Assembly (NCBI GenBank): GCA_964369545.1
Contig: CAYJFA010000004.1
Span: forward strand, 63,618 to 127,617
Direction: 5' to 3'
From: an uncultured Holosporaceae bacterium
GTDB lineage: Bacteria; Pseudomonadota; Alphaproteobacteria; UBA3830
Length of the DNA: 64,000 bases
In this document: positions 45,050 through 56,554 of the stretch, piece by piece
Layout: each line of letters starts with the position of its first letter
Position numbering within the stretch: the stretch's first letter is position 1
Program-made: the position numbers and the translations under genes
The notes under the pieces: model-generated
Seen by the model: only the letters and a program-made list of their open reading frames with translations
Databases searched by the model: none
What the model was told of the DNA's origin: nothing

Positions 45050-45901
45050 ATGGCAAAAATTATAAATGGAAAAGAAATTGCTGTGGAGTTTTCTAGTATA
45101 ATCAAGGATCGGATTGAAGAATTAAAAACAGATGGAATTTATCCTAAAATTGCCCTCATAAATGCCAGTGATGATCCAGCAAGCGAGGTATATGTTTCAA
45201 AAAAATCTAATATGGCAGAAAGTTTAGGCATCAACTCTGCTATTTATAAATTTGGTAGCAATGTCCAAGAAAAGGAAATTTCTAATTTAATAAAGGAGTT
45301 AAATGAAGATGGAAAAGTACACGCGGTTTTACTGCAATCTCCATTGGCAAATGCATTGAGGTTTAGAGATCTTGTGAATCTAATAGATCCAAATAAAGAT
45401 GTCGATGGACTTACAACTTTGAATCAAGGTCGTTTGTTTTCTGGAGAGCCAGGTATTGTGCCGTGTACTCCTCTTGGTGTTATGCATTTACTGCGTACAG
45501 TGCATGAGGATTTAGCAGGATTGCACGCTGTTGTACTTGGGAGATCTTCGATTGTTGGACGTCCACTATCACAACTCCTACTGAATGCGAATTGCACTGT
45601 TACTTTGCTGCATTCATATTCTCGTGATTTACCAGAAATATGTCGTACCGCAGATATTTTGGTAAGCGCCATTGGAAAACCGCAGTTTGTGAGAAGAAAA
45701 TTTGTGAAAGCAGGGGCAACTGTGATCGATGTCGGGGTTAATAGAATCGAAGAAAATGGCATGAAAAAAATTGTCGGCGATGTGGATTTTGATGGTGTTT
45801 TCGATATTGCGGGCGCTATTACTCCTGTACCTAATGGTGTAGGGCCGATGACTGTAGCATATTTGATGCACAACACATTGAAACTTACATGCTATTCTTA
45901 A
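45050..45901 (+). CDS. folD: Bifunctional methylenetetrahydrofolate dehydrogenase/cyclohydrolase FolD
   Basis: AKIINGKEIA...SEVYVSKK...DVDGL...CTPLGVMHLL...VVLGRSSIVGRPL...PVPNGVGPMTVAYLM. Confidence 0.9.
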   Translation: MAKIINGKEIAVEFSSIIKDRIEELKTDGIYPKIALINASDDPASEVYVSKKSNMAESLGINSAIYKFGSNVQEKEISNLIKELNEDGKVHAVLLQSPLANALRFRDLVNLIDPNKDVDGLTTLNQGRLFSGEPGIVPCTPLGVMHLLRTVHEDLAGLHAVVLGRSSIVGRPLSQLLLNANCTVTLLHSYSRDLPEICRTADILVSAIGKPQFVRRKFVKAGATVIDVGVNRIEENGMKKIVGDVDFDGVFDIAGAITPVPNGVGPMTVAYLMHNTLKLTCYS

Positions 45902-45920
45902 TATAGGTTAGGCAATTATT

Positions 45921-46535
45921 ATGAGAAAATTATTTTATTTTATTTTTGCATTTTTTTTAGTGAGTGATTATACAGTATTAAACGCAGTCAGCGATATTAG
46001 TTTGCTAGAGGAGTCTGTGCGCAATCTTACAGGAAAAATCGAAGAACTTGAAAAAACTGTTTCGGAAATGCAAAAAGATATTAATTTATTAAAGGAATCT
46101 TTTGTAAAAAAGATTGATGAAGAAACAGCAAAGCGCGAATCTGAAATGATTGATGGTAAAAATCCTGAAGATATCATTAAAACAGCGTGCGGTTTAATTG
46201 ATGATAACAATTACGAAGAAGCGCGTAAGTTATTGAATTTATTCATCAAAAAGAATCCAGAAAATATCTATTGCGGAATGTTCGTGTTTTATATTGGCGA
46301 AAGTTACTTTAAAGAAAAAGATTATAAAAATGCCGCGATAGAATATATGAAAAGTTACAAGAAAAATTCTAAGGGGCATAAATCGGCAGAAGCATTATAT
46401 AAATTATCCTTGTGTTTCAAGAGGTTATCAAAAAATGAAGAATGTAAGGCTACTTTAGACAAATTAATTCGTGATTATCCAAATTCTGGAGACATTTTAA
46501 CTAAAGCCAAAAAAGAACGCTCTTCTCTAAAATGA
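45921..46535 (+). CDS. cpoB: Tol-Pal system protein CpoB/YbgF (coiled coil plus TPR)
   Basis: It has a signal peptide, an N-terminal coiled coil and C-terminal TPR repeats (YFIGESYFKEKDYKNAAIEY...ALYKLSLCF). It sits in the alphaproteobacterial ybgF-tilS-ftsH context. Confidence 0.7.
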   Translation: MRKLFYFIFAFFLVSDYTVLNAVSDISLLEESVRNLTGKIEELEKTVSEMQKDINLLKESFVKKIDEETAKRESEMIDGKNPEDIIKTACGLIDDNNYEEARKLLNLFIKKNPENIYCGMFVFYIGESYFKEKDYKNAAIEYMKSYKKNSKGHKSAEALYKLSLCFKRLSKNEECKATLDKLIRDYPNSGDILTKAKKERSSLK

Positions 46536-47908
46536 CACGAGATTATTGCATTGCAGATCGTTTTACGCGCAAACAATATGCATTTGATTTTTTTGATTCC
46601 GAAATGCAGATTCTGCTAGCTAAATGTAATATCAATAGAGATAATTTATCCGATAACGTGATTTGTGTTGCAGTTTCTGGTGGCTCAGATAGTATGGCTC
46701 TTTTGGCTATGACTTCAAAATGGGCTGTGAAAAATAATGTTAAAATTTCATGTGTTACAGTAGATCACAAACTTCGAAAAGAATCCGGTGAGGAAGCTGT
46801 TTTTGTTCAAAATTTTTGTGAAGTTCTGGGGGTGAAACATACTATTTTAGAGTGGAATAGAAATCCGAATGAGAACGCTGTTTTATGTGACAATAAAATT
46901 GAAGATTTAGCTCGCGACTCTCGCTATAGATTGATTAGCGAGTTTTGCAAAAAGAATGTTATTAGAACTTTGTTGACAGGACATACTTGGAACGATCAAT
47001 TGGAAACTTTTGATATGAGAAAGGATTCCGGCAGTTCTAGCTTTGGCTTGGCAGGAATGAGCAGAATAAGAACAATTTCAAAAGATATTAAATTAGTGCG
47101 TCCGATTTTGCATTTCACAAGAGAATATTTACAAAAGTTTTTAAGAGGCGAAAAAATAAATTGGAAAAATGATCCAATGAATGACTGTACTGCGTTTAAA
47201 CGAGTTGTTTGTCGCAGAAAAATTCTAACATACGATAACAAAAAGCTTATGGATTTTTATATAAATATCAAAATGTTAGGAAAAACAAGATATGAAATAG
47301 AAAAAGCTGCTGTAAGTTTTTTAAAAGATAAAGAAAAATGTTTTTTTTCAAGTTTTGGTTACGCTGTTTTGAATTTTTTATCTTTTGATGTAGAAAAAAC
47401 AAATGTACAAGTTGAAATTATAAAACGTGTTATTTGGAATATCGGAGGGAAAAAATATACAGCCAATATTAATGAAGATATTTTACAGAAAATAATAAGT
47501 AATAAAATCAATACAATAGGAAGGTGTTTATTAAAAGTTAATAAAAAATCAATTGGCGTATTTAGGGAAAACAGAAATTTTATTGATATAAAGATAGAAA
47601 AAAATTCGGATTTTACAAACAGTTGTGTTTTTGATAATAGATTTTTGATAAAAATCAAAGAAAATTTTTTTTTAAACGATGATTTAGACAATATTATTAT
47701 ATCATCTTGTTATTATTACCAATTAAAGCACAAAAAAGAGTTTAATTATAATTATTTAGACGTTTTACCCAGGAATGCGATTTTCGGATTGCCATGTGTT
47801 TTTAGAAATAATAAAATCATAGCTGCTTGTGGTATGAAACATGAATCTGAAAAAGTTAGTTTCGAGTTTATTCATAAGATGAATTTATTTGATGTATTTC
47901 TGTATTAG
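46532..47908 (+). CDS. tilS: tRNA(Ile)-lysidine synthase TilS
   Basis: PP-loop CVAVSGGSDSMALL, plus TGHTWNDQLETF. It lies directly upstream of ftsH. Confidence 0.85.
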   Translation: MTRDYCIADRFTRKQYAFDFFDSEMQILLAKCNINRDNLSDNVICVAVSGGSDSMALLAMTSKWAVKNNVKISCVTVDHKLRKESGEEAVFVQNFCEVLGVKHTILEWNRNPNENAVLCDNKIEDLARDSRYRLISEFCKKNVIRTLLTGHTWNDQLETFDMRKDSGSSSFGLAGMSRIRTISKDIKLVRPILHFTREYLQKFLRGEKINWKNDPMNDCTAFKRVVCRRKILTYDNKKLMDFYINIKMLGKTRYEIEKAAVSFLKDKEKCFFSSFGYAVLNFLSFDVEKTNVQVEIIKRVIWNIGGKKYTANINEDILQKIISNKINTIGRCLLKVNKKSIGVFRENRNFIDIKIEKNSDFTNSCVFDNRFLIKIKENFFLNDDLDNIIISSCYYYQLKHKKEFNYNYLDVLPRNAIFGLPCVFRNNKIIAACGMKHESEKVSFEFIHKMNLFDVFLY

Positions 47909-47943
47909 GGGTTAGCCTTATATTTATTTCAAGGAAGTGATAA

Positions 47944-49872
47944 TTGAGTAAAAATCATAAAAATATTATAGTATGGATCACGATAGCATGCTTTTTTTAT
48001 TTGTTATTTCACGCGTTTAATACTGGAAGGGAAAACATAAGTAATATCGCATATTCGGATTTCATATCAGAAGTGGAAAATGGCAAAGTTTCCAGCGTTG
48101 CTATTAGAGGATCTTCAATCGAAGGTATAACAACCGATGGAAAAGTATTTTCTACTTATGATCCCAAGGATTCAGGTTTGATAAATAGATTAATAGAAAA
48201 GCATGTTCGTATTATCGCAGGCCCAAGTGAGGAACATTCTAACTTTTTACATGTGTTATTCAGCAGTATATTTCCTCTTCTGGTTTTAATGGGAATATGG
48301 TTCTTTTTTATGCGGCAGATCCAATCGGGCGGAAATAAAGCACTCGGATTCGGAAAATCAAAAGCGAAACTGCTAAATGAAAAATCGGCGAAAGTGACAT
48401 TTGAAGATGTTGCAGGAATTGATGAAGCAAAGCATGAATTGGAAGAAATAGTCGATTTTTTAAAGGATCCAAGTAAATTTAGGCGGTTGGGCGGTAAGAT
48501 ACCAAGAGGTGTGCTGTTAGTTGGGTCTCCAGGAACTGGAAAAACACTGTTGGCTCGTGCGATTGCAGGTGAGGCCAATGTCCCATTTTTTAGTATTTCC
48601 GGATCTGAATTTGTAGAAATGTTTGTAGGCGTTGGTGCTAGCAGAGTTCGTGATATGTTTGAACAGGGAAAAAAGAACGCACCATGTATCATATTTATAG
48701 ATGAAATCGACGCAGTTGGAAGGCATAGAGGATTTGGTCTTGGAGGTGGCAACGATGAACGTGAGCAAACTCTGAATCAACTTTTAGTTGAAATGGACGG
48801 ATTTGAAGAAAATAACGGTGTAATTATTATCTCCGCTACCAATAGACCAGATGTTTTGGATCCGGCCCTACTGCGTCCTGGACGTTTTGATCGACAGGTC
48901 GTGGTACCTGCTCCTGATATAAATGGCAGAGAAAAAATACTTCGAGTTCATTTAAAGAAAGTTCCTTTGTCATCTGATGTGGATCCTTTGGTGTTGGCAC
49001 GTGGCACGCCTGGTTTTTCTGGTGCAGATTTGGCTAATCTTGTTAATGAAGCTGCGTTGCTTGCTGCCAGGCATAACAAACGTGTTGTCAGCATGGATGA
49101 TTTGGAAGATGCAAAAGATAAAGTCATGATGGGCGCTGAGCGTCGCTCCATGGTTATGTCGGAGGATGAAAAAAAATTAACAGCATACCATGAAGCTGGT
49201 CATGCTATTGTTGCCCTGAACCTTCCGGAATCCGATCCGATACATAAAGCGACAATTATTCCAAGAGGAAGAGCTCTTGGAATGGTTATGAGACTACCGG
49301 AGAAAGATAGATTATCCGTTACTAAAATAAAGCTCGAAGCGGATCTGGCTGTAGCCGCTGGTGGCAGAATTGCTGAAGAGATGATTTTTGGAGCCGATAA
49401 AGTAACAACAGGAGCATCTTCTGATATTAACCAGGTCACTAAAATCGCAAAAATGATGGTAGTGGAGTGGGGGATGAGTGAAAAATTAGGTTTTCTCTCT
49501 TATGCCGGAGAAGGAGCGCAGGAAGTTTTTCTTGGGCATTCTACTTCTACAACAAAAAACCTGTCAAATATAACAGCTCAAAAAATAGATGAAGAAATTA
49601 GGGCTATCGTAGATAGAACCTATAAACGGGCGGAAGATATTTTAAAAAGTAATGTCAAGGAATTGGAATTACTTGCACAAGGGTTGCTTGAGCATGAGAC
49701 TTTATCTGGAGAAGATATTAAAAAAATCGTGAATGGCAAAAAACTTGAAAAGCAAAAAACATCGAAGGTAGTCACTGATTCAAAAAAAGTAAAAATGCCA
49801 ACATCTGAAGATATTAAAAATGCAGAAAAACAAGTTTCAGATAAGCAAAATAATAAAAAAAGAAAGAAGTAA
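47944..49872 (+). CDS. ftsH: ATP-dependent zinc metalloprotease FtsH
   Basis: Two TM helices, Walker [14 protein letters not shown], Walker B IIFIDEID, the SRH region, and the zinc motif HEAGHAIV. The start is a TTG. Confidence 0.95.
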   Translation: MSKNHKNIIVWITIACFFYLLFHAFNTGRENISNIAYSDFISEVENGKVSSVAIRGSSIEGITTDGKVFSTYDPKDSGLINRLIEKHVRIIAGPSEEHSNFLHVLFSSIFPLLVLMGIWFFFMRQIQSGGNKALGFGKSKAKLLNEKSAKVTFEDVAGIDEAKHELEEIVDFLKDPSKFRRLGGKIPRGVLLVGSPGTGKTLLARAIAGEANVPFFSISGSEFVEMFVGVGASRVRDMFEQGKKNAPCIIFIDEIDAVGRHRGFGLGGGNDEREQTLNQLLVEMDGFEENNGVIIISATNRPDVLDPALLRPGRFDRQVVVPAPDINGREKILRVHLKKVPLSSDVDPLVLARGTPGFSGADLANLVNEAALLAARHNKRVVSMDDLEDAKDKVMMGAERRSMVMSEDEKKLTAYHEAGHAIVALNLPESDPIHKATIIPRGRALGMVMRLPEKDRLSVTKIKLEADLAVAAGGRIAEEMIFGADKVTTGASSDINQVTKIAKMMVVEWGMSEKLGFLSYAGEGAQEVFLGHSTSTTKNLSNITAQKIDEEIRAIVDRTYKRAEDILKSNVKELELLAQGLLEHETLSGEDIKKIVNGKKLEKQKTSKVVTDSKKVKMPTSEDIKNAEKQVSDKQNNKKRKK

Positions 49873-50026
49873 TATCCGTATTGCTAGCTAAAAGTGCGAT
49901 AGAAAATTTTAAGCTAATCTCTCTGTGCTTTTGTGTTTTATGAGAGATATTATTGACATTTTTATTACTTAATCTTAGAATACAATTATTGATGATGTAA
50001 TGTCATCTTTTTGAATAAAATGCCTA

Positions 50027-50111
50027 ATGTTGGGGTTTATTCTGTTGTTTAACAAAATGCCTATGTTGGGTTTTGTGATTAAAATTTGCCTATGAAAGGG
50101 GATTATTATGA
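50027..50111 (+). promoter_or_regulatory. Three direct repeats (AAAATGCCTAATGTTGGGGTTT / AAAATGCCTATGTTGGGTTTT / AAAATTTGCCTATGAAAGGGG) upstream of dnaK, possibly a sigma-32-type -10 element
   Basis: The repeats were read directly at about 50027, 50064 and 50091. CCTATGTTGG in copy 2 fits the alphaproteobacterial heat-shock -10 consensus CYTATNTNNG as I recall it. No clean CTTG -35 element lies at 17 nt. Confidence 0.35.
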
Positions 50112-52012
50112 GTAAAGTCATTGGTATCGATTTAGGTACAACGAATTCTTGTGTAGCAATTATGGATGGTGGGACGCCTCGTGTTGTAGAGAACGCAGAA
50201 GGTGTTAGAACTACTCCGTCGGTAGTCGCGTTTACTGACAATAACGAAAAGTTAGTTGGTCAGGCGGCGAAGCGTCAATCTGTTACAAACTATAAAAACA
50301 CATTCTACGCTATCAAACGCTTGATAGGAAGAAAGAAGAACGACGAATATTTAAAAACCTATCATTCTCCATTTGAGATAGTAGCATCGGAGAATGGTGA
50401 CGCATGGGTAAATGCCCGCGGTGAGAAATATAGCCCAAGTCAAATCAGTGCATTTATTCTTCAAAAAATGAAGGAGTCAGCAGAAAGTTTTTTGGGAGAA
50501 AAAATTACGGAAGCTGTAATAACTGTTCCTGCTTATTTTAATGACGCGCAGAGGCAGGCAACAAGAGATGCTGGAAAAATCGCCGGACTTGATGTGTTAA
50601 GAATTATAAATGAGCCAACAGCTGCAGCATTGGCATATGGATTGGACAAAAAAAACTCCGGAATGATCGCTGTATACGATCTTGGAGGCGGAACATTTGA
50701 TATTTCGATTCTTGAAATTGGCGGAGGCGTATTTGAAGTAAAAGCAACAAATGGCGATACTTTTCTAGGTGGAGAGGATTTTGATAAACGTATTATTGAT
50801 TTTCTTGCAGATGAGTTCAAAAAAGAAAATGGAATTGATCTGAGAAAAGATAACATGGCATTGCAGCGTCTAAAGGAAGCTGCAGAAAAGGCAAAAATCG
50901 AGCTTTCAAGTGCCATTGAAACAGAAATCAATCTTCCATTTATTACAGCAGATAGCTCAGGGCCAAAGCATTTAACTGTAAAAATGACAAGAGCTAAGCT
51001 TGAATCATTAGTAGATGATATCATTAAAAAAACTCTTGAGCCTTGTAAAAAGGCTCTGAAAGATGCTGGAATAACTGCTGATAAAATTGACGAAGTTGTA
51101 CTTGTGGGTGGTATGACGCGTATGCCAAAGGTCATAGAATATGTAAAAAATTTCTTTGGAAAAGAACCACATAAGGGAGTCAATCCAGATGAAGTTGTTG
51201 CTGTTGGAGCCGCAATTCAAGGAGGGGTTTTAAAGGGAGATGTCAAGGATGTTCTTTTGCTTGATGTTACACCGCTATCTCTTGGAATTGAAACTTTAGG
51301 AGGAGTATTTAGTAGGTTAATTGATAGAAATACCACGATCCCAACTAAGAAAAGTCAGATTTTTTCTACTGCTCAAGATAATCAAAGTGGTGTTACAATT
51401 CGTGTATTTCAAGGAGAAAGAGAAATCGCAGAGCATAATAAATTGCTCGGGCAGTTTGATTTAACTGGAATTCCTCCGGCTCCCCGTGGAATGCCTCAGA
51501 TTGAAGTGACATTTGATATCGATGCGAATGGAATTGTTCATGTTTCAGCAAAAGATAAAGCTACAAACAAAGAGCAAACTATCAGCATAAAAGCTTCAGG
51601 AGGTTTGACAGATGCCGAAGTTGATCAAATGGTAAAAGATGCTGCCGAACATGCCGAGGAAGATAAAAAGCGTAAAGACCTGATTCAAGAGAAAAATATG
51701 GCTCAGGAATTAGTCAATAACGCGAATAAAATGTTATCCGAGCATGCGGATAAAATAGCAGAAGAACTCAAAAATGAGATCAAGATTGCTTCTGAAGATT
51801 TACAAAAATTGCTGGATAGTGAAAATGCGGAAGATCTTAAGGCCGCATCTGAGAAGCTTCTATCTGCTATGTCAAAGGCGGGGCAGGCAATGCATCAGGC
51901 TGCTCAAGAAACTGAATCAAAATCATCAGCTTCAGAAAATCCATCGGAAGGTGGAGATGAAAAAGTCGTCGATGCTGATTATTCTGAGGTCAAAGAAAAT
52001 AACAATAAGTAA
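50108..52012 (+). CDS. dnaK: Molecular chaperone DnaK (Hsp70)
   Basis: [23 protein letters not shown] and [10 protein letters not shown], with full-length Hsp70 architecture. Confidence 0.97.
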   Translation: MSKVIGIDLGTTNSCVAIMDGGTPRVVENAEGVRTTPSVVAFTDNNEKLVGQAAKRQSVTNYKNTFYAIKRLIGRKKNDEYLKTYHSPFEIVASENGDAWVNARGEKYSPSQISAFILQKMKESAESFLGEKITEAVITVPAYFNDAQRQATRDAGKIAGLDVLRIINEPTAAALAYGLDKKNSGMIAVYDLGGGTFDISILEIGGGVFEVKATNGDTFLGGEDFDKRIIDFLADEFKKENGIDLRKDNMALQRLKEAAEKAKIELSSAIETEINLPFITADSSGPKHLTVKMTRAKLESLVDDIIKKTLEPCKKALKDAGITADKIDEVVLVGGMTRMPKVIEYVKNFFGKEPHKGVNPDEVVAVGAAIQGGVLKGDVKDVLLLDVTPLSLGIETLGGVFSRLIDRNTTIPTKKSQIFSTAQDNQSGVTIRVFQGEREIAEHNKLLGQFDLTGIPPAPRGMPQIEVTFDIDANGIVHVSAKDKATNKEQTISIKASGGLTDAEVDQMVKDAAEHAEEDKKRKDLIQEKNMAQELVNNANKMLSEHADKIAEELKNEIKIASEDLQKLLDSENAEDLKAASEKLLSAMSKAGQAMHQAAQETESKSSASENPSEGGDEKVVDADYSEVKENNNK

Positions 52013-52084
52013 TAATGTAGTTAACAATAAGCCGGATTGGTATTTAAGCAATACTAGTCCGGTATTATCTTATGAGGAATCGTT

Positions 52085-53227
52085 ATGGCCGAAGATTACT
52101 ATAAAACACTTGGTATATCAAAAACCGCAAGTAATGACGATATCAAAAAAGCATATCGTAAATTAGCTATGCGATATCATCCTGATAGAAATAAGGGAGA
52201 TAAGGCATCAGAAAAAAAATTTAAAGAAATAAATGAAGCATATGAAACATTGAAAGATCCTCAGAAAAAAGCGGCATATGATAGATATGGCCATGATGCT
52301 TATAAAAATGCAGCAAGCGGAGGTGGTTTTAATTCCGGTGGTTTTGGAAATGGTTTCAGCGGCGGTTTTGATTTTGGCTCTGATTCTGTATTTTCCGATA
52401 TATTTGAAGGAATTTTTGGGGGCGGTGGTATGCATCATGAGCGCGCAGAGATGCGTGGTGCTGATCTCCGGTATGAAACTACAATAACTCTTGAAGAGGC
52501 TTTTCGTGGAAAAGATATTGAGTTAAAAATTAGAACTGGAATAAAATGCGAGAGCTGCGATGGAACCGGTTCTGAAGGTGGCGCAAAGCCAAAAACCTGT
52601 CCTTCTTGCAAGGGATCTGGAAAAATGAGATTCTCTCAGGGGTTTTTTATGGTGGAAAGAACTTGCAGTTCATGTAACGGAACCGGACATATTATAGAAA
52701 AATCCTGTAAAAGTTGTAATGGCTCCGGAAGACAAAGCAAATTAAAAACGATGAAAGTTTCTATTCCTGCTGGAATAGAAGATGGAGCTAGAATTAGACT
52801 TTCCGGTGAGGGTGAAGCAGGAATTCGCGGAGGTAGATCTGGAGATTTATATATTTTTGTTAATGTAAGGCCTCACCAGTTATTCAAACGAGAAGGTAAT
52901 GCAATACACTGCGATGTTCCTATATCAATCGTTACAGCGTCCCTTGGCGGAGAGATAGAGGTTCCGACAATTGACGGAAAAAAAGCGTTAGTTAAAATTC
53001 CTGCGGGGACTCAGCCAGGAAATGTTTTAAAGTTAAAAAGTAAAGGTATGTCAATAATTAGAAGTTCTTTGCGCGGAGATATGATGATACATGCCAAAGT
53101 TGAAACTCCTGTGAACTTAACAAAAAAACAAAAGGAACTATTAGAGGAATTTGATAAGGAACGTAGTTCAAATCCTCAATCAGAAGGTTTTTTTGCAAAA
53201 GTGAAAGAATTTTGGCAAGAATTGTGA
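52085..53227 (+). CDS. dnaJ: Molecular chaperone DnaJ
   Basis: J-domain with the HPD motif (YHPDRN), a G/F-rich linker and four CxxCxGxG zinc-finger repeats. Confidence 0.95.
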   Translation: MAEDYYKTLGISKTASNDDIKKAYRKLAMRYHPDRNKGDKASEKKFKEINEAYETLKDPQKKAAYDRYGHDAYKNAASGGGFNSGGFGNGFSGGFDFGSDSVFSDIFEGIFGGGGMHHERAEMRGADLRYETTITLEEAFRGKDIELKIRTGIKCESCDGTGSEGGAKPKTCPSCKGSGKMRFSQGFFMVERTCSSCNGTGHIIEKSCKSCNGSGRQSKLKTMKVSIPAGIEDGARIRLSGEGEAGIRGGRSGDLYIFVNVRPHQLFKREGNAIHCDVPISIVTASLGGEIEVPTIDGKKALVKIPAGTQPGNVLKLKSKGMSIIRSSLRGDMMIHAKVETPVNLTKKQKELLEEFDKERSSNPQSEGFFAKVKEFWQEL

Positions 53228-53437
53228 CTTACATTTAATTGATCATAGTTATGCTGTAAAAGTACAATCTGTAATATTCTGATCTATATTCATATATAAG
53301 TATAAAATACTTGAAGTATCGCACATTTTAATAAACAAAATTCGTTATAAATAATAATATAATTGTTATCTTTTGCTTGGAAATATGCAACTATAGGTGT
53401 ATCTTGTTAATATGTTTTTATATCCAGGGTGGTTTTT

Positions 53438-54577
53438 ATGGTAAATAATGTGAATTGCTCAGATTCTAAGGAGATGGAACAAGAGATTGAATCATTAAAA
53501 GAAAAACTAAAAAATCAAGAAGAAGTTAAGCGCCTTGCGGAACAAATAGTACATGATATTCATTCTCCGTTATTAGCTTTATCAATTTTTGTACGCTCAT
53601 GTGAAAGCCTTTCGGAAAAAGACCATGCATTTTTGGAAAGTGCTATAGATAGTATAGAAAATATTACTAGAAATTTAATCAATAAATATGAAGAAAACGG
53701 CGGTATAGAAAAATCTGTAGATAGCGTTGAAGAGTATATTTTTGTTCCATTTTGTTTATCTGATATTGTACAGACTAAAAAGTATCAGATTAGAAAACCT
53801 AATATAAAAATTAATTTTTTAAAGGATATTGTAGAAGATTTTGTTTTTATAAAAGGTAATAATACGAATTTTAAGCGATTAATATCCAATTTAATAAATA
53901 ATGCCGTTGAATCTCTTGATATTAATGGTGGTACAATAGAAGTAGGATTTAATGTAGAAAATCAAGAAGTAAAAATTCATGTTCAAGATAATGGAAGCGA
54001 AATATCAAATGAAAATTTCAATATAACTATTAATGATAATCCTGATGATAATGCTAAAGAAAATGGATACTATTCAGGTATATGGAAAGCAAAAAATATA
54101 GTAGAAAAAATGAATGGAAAAATGTTTGTGCAGTCAGAGGAAAATATAGGTACAAAAATTACTCTTGTATTCACACAATCAGAATCTCCAGAATGGATTA
54201 CTAAAGAAGTCATTATACCTAAGAATTCTATAGTGGTTATATTAGATGATGATCATTCAACTTATAAACTTTTGGAAAATCGGTTATATGGTTATCTTGA
54301 TGATATAGAAATAAAATATTTTAATTTTGGTAAAGATGCGTTTAATTTTATAAATTCTTTCAAAGAAAAAGAAAAAATATTTTTATTGGCTGATTATGAT
54401 TTAAGAAATCAAAATATAAGTGGAATAGATGTGATAGAAAAATGTAAACTTCAAAAACAATCTATCCTTGTTAGCAGCAGACAAGCGCATAAAATAAGAA
54501 ACTTTTCTGACAAATCAAAGTTCATTAAATTTTTATCTAAAGCTCATATACCGAATATTCCATTTAAAATTATGTAA
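53438..54577 (+). CDS. Soluble hybrid histidine kinase with a C-terminal receiver-like domain
   Basis: Coiled coil, then H-box VHDIHSPLLAL, N-box LISNLINNAVES, DNGSEI and GTKITLVF. The C-terminal region is REC-like (VVILDDDHS...FLLADYDL...ILVSS). No TM or sensor domain is present. The ATG at 53438 is preferred. Confidence 0.65.
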   Translation: MVNNVNCSDSKEMEQEIESLKEKLKNQEEVKRLAEQIVHDIHSPLLALSIFVRSCESLSEKDHAFLESAIDSIENITRNLINKYEENGGIEKSVDSVEEYIFVPFCLSDIVQTKKYQIRKPNIKINFLKDIVEDFVFIKGNNTNFKRLISNLINNAVESLDINGGTIEVGFNVENQEVKIHVQDNGSEISNENFNITINDNPDDNAKENGYYSGIWKAKNIVEKMNGKMFVQSEENIGTKITLVFTQSESPEWITKEVIIPKNSIVVILDDDHSTYKLLENRLYGYLDDIEIKYFNFGKDAFNFINSFKEKEKIFLLADYDLRNQNISGIDVIEKCKLQKQSILVSSRQAHKIRNFSDKSKFIKFLSKAHIPNIPFKIM

Positions 54578-54605
54578 AAATTTGAAGTATTTTTTGATCG
54601 CACTT

Positions 54606-55631
54606 TTAATATATTTCGCCACCTCCTAATATTCTATTGTTTTCGAAAAAAACACAGTGTTGCCCTTTTGCTATTCCATATTCGGCTTCAAATAATTTTA
54701 TAATATATTCTTTTTTATTATCATGGTTTTTGAGGATTTTGCATTTTACCTTTTTCCCAGACGATCTTATTTTTGCAAAACAACAGTCAGGAATTTTTTC
54801 ATTAATAAATTTTACATTTTTTAATCTTATAGTTTCAGTTTTCACATCGTCTTTACTAGATACTATGATTTTATTTTCAGAAACATCGATTTCGTTTACA
54901 AAAAATGGCCCACCTGGTAATCCCAATCCTTTGCGCTGTCCAGTTGTATAATTTATTATACCCTTATGAATTCCAAGAACATTTCCTGATGTATCTATTA
55001 TATCACCTTTTTCAAATGTAATATTTGATTTTTTCTTTATATATGAAATATAGTCGCCATTTTCTATAAAGCAAATGTCCTGACTATCAGGTTTGTTTGC
55101 TACCATTAGTCCATGTTTTTTTGCGATTTCTCGTATTTCTTCTTTAGAATATTCGCCGAGAGGAAATTTAGTATTAGATAAAATTTCTTTATTTAATAGA
55201 TATAAAAAATAACTTTGATCTTTTTTGGAATCTTTTGCCTGATATAATTCGATGATTCCATTTTGTGTTTTTAGGATTGCATAATGCCCTGTTACTATCA
55301 TATCTGCATTATGTTTTTTGCGAAAATCATTCAAGTATTTAAATTTAACAAAACTATTGCATATGATGCATGGATTTGGGGTCATTCCGTTTTTGTATGA
55401 GTCAACAAAATAATTGATCACTAATTCTGTAAAATCTTTGGTACAATCTATAACAAAGTGAGAAAATTTCAAAAATTCAGCTATTTTTTTTGCATCTTTT
55501 ATGGATTCTGCAGCTTTTTCTGACTCTTGCATTTTTAAAGTACAGCCTATGAGATCGTATCCTTGTTGCTTCATAAGAATAGCAGCTACGGCGCTGTCAA
55601 CTCCCCCGGATAATCCTATTATGACTTTCAT
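54606..55631 (-). CDS. mnmA: tRNA-specific 2-thiouridylase MnmA
   Basis: PP-loop GLSGGVDSAVAA, the catalytic Cys region NPCIICN, KDQSYFL, and the C-terminal barrel. Confidence 0.9.
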   Translation of the reverse strand: MKVIIGLSGGVDSAVAAILMKQQGYDLIGCTLKMQESEKAAESIKDAKKIAEFLKFSHFVIDCTKDFTELVINYFVDSYKNGMTPNPCIICNSFVKFKYLNDFRKKHNADMIVTGHYAILKTQNGIIELYQAKDSKKDQSYFLYLLNKEILSNTKFPLGEYSKEEIREIAKKHGLMVANKPDSQDICFIENGDYISYIKKKSNITFEKGDIIDTSGNVLGIHKGIINYTTGQRKGLGLPGGPFFVNEIDVSENKIIVSSKDDVKTETIRLKNVKFINEKIPDCCFAKIRSSGKKVKCKILKNHDNKKEYIIKLFEAEYGIAKGQHCVFFENNRILGGGEIY

Positions 55632-56554
55632 TGGTGTTTTTCCAAAGGATGCGATTTTTCATATATTTTTAACAAATTATAGTCATCCACATCAGTATAA
55701 ATTTGTGTGCTTGATAAGGATTCATGACCAAGTAATTCCTGTACAGATCTTAAATCAGCTCCTTGTTGAATTAAATGAGTAGCGAAGCTGTGTCTAAAGG
55801 CATGTGCACTTGTATGATCTGGCAAGTTATGTGTTAATTTTAGTTTTTCTAAACGATTATCGACATAAGAGGCGTGTAATTTTTTCCCTTTTAATCCGAT
55901 GAAGAGATAATTATGGGATATATCATAAGGGCAGCATGTAATGTATGTTCTTATTCGTTCTATAGCAATGGGAAGTAGCAGTACTACTCGATCTTTTTTT
56001 CCTTTTCCATTAATTCGAATTTCTGGCGCTACATCGGAAGTTTTGATATTAAGTGCCTCGTTGATTCTCAATCCGGTGCAATATAAAAGAGTGTATAAAG
56101 CGCGGTCTCGACTTGTAATCCATAAAGGATCATTTTCAAAAAAGGTTTCAGCGTTTAAAAGATATGAAACAGCGGATTCATTTATTGGTTTTGGAAGTAA
56201 TGATGAAATTTTTGGCCGTTTTACTGAATTTATAACATTTAACTCAATAATATTCTGTTTTGCAAGATAATTAAAAAATGATTTTACAGATGAAAGAGCT
56301 CTAATGTTTGATCTAGCTAATTTTCCATTAGTAATTCTATTTGAAAACCAAGCTCTGAAATCCGCAGTTTTTATGTTTTGTAATTTTGCTATAGAAACAG
56401 CGGTTCCTGTATGATCACATAAGAATAAAAAAAAGTTTTTAATATCTCTTTCATAGGCAGATACAGTATTGTGTGAATATTGTCTCTGCAAAACAAGTTC
56501 ATTGAGCCATGAATCGATAAAAATTTTTAATTCAGTTGAACAATTTTCTAACAA
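55628..56554 (-). CDS. xerC: Tyrosine recombinase, XerC/XerD family (XerC-like)
   Basis: SAM-like N-domain. The catalytic region is GLRINEAL...HAFRHSFATHLIQQGADLRSVQELLGHESLSSTQIYT. The XerC versus XerD assignment rests only on motif similarity. Confidence 0.75.
   Translation of the reverse strand: MLENCSTELKIFIDSWLNELVLQRQYSHNTVSAYERDIKNFFLFLCDHTGTAVSIAKLQNIKTADFRAWFSNRITNGKLARSNIRALSSVKSFFNYLAKQNIIELNVINSVKRPKISSLLPKPINESAVSYLLNAETFFENDPLWITSRDRALYTLLYCTGLRINEALNIKTSDVAPEIRINGKGKKDRVVLLLPIAIERIRTYITCCPYDISHNYLFIGLKGKKLHASYVDNRLEKLKLTHNLPDHTSAHAFRHSFATHLIQQGADLRSVQELLGHESLSSTQIYTDVDDYNLLKIYEKSHPLEKHQ

Noticed and set aside
48156-48752. Long antisense ORFs inside conserved genes. Examples are 198 aa inside ftsH, 216 aa at 50533-51183 inside dnaK, 174 aa at 31082-31606 inside cpaF, 150 aa at 45424-45876 inside folD and 196 aa at 58718-59308.
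   Set aside because: They are shadow ORFs opposite strongly conserved coding frames. They have Ser/Pro/Ile-rich low-complexity translations and no start-site signals. They are not evidence for overlapping genes.
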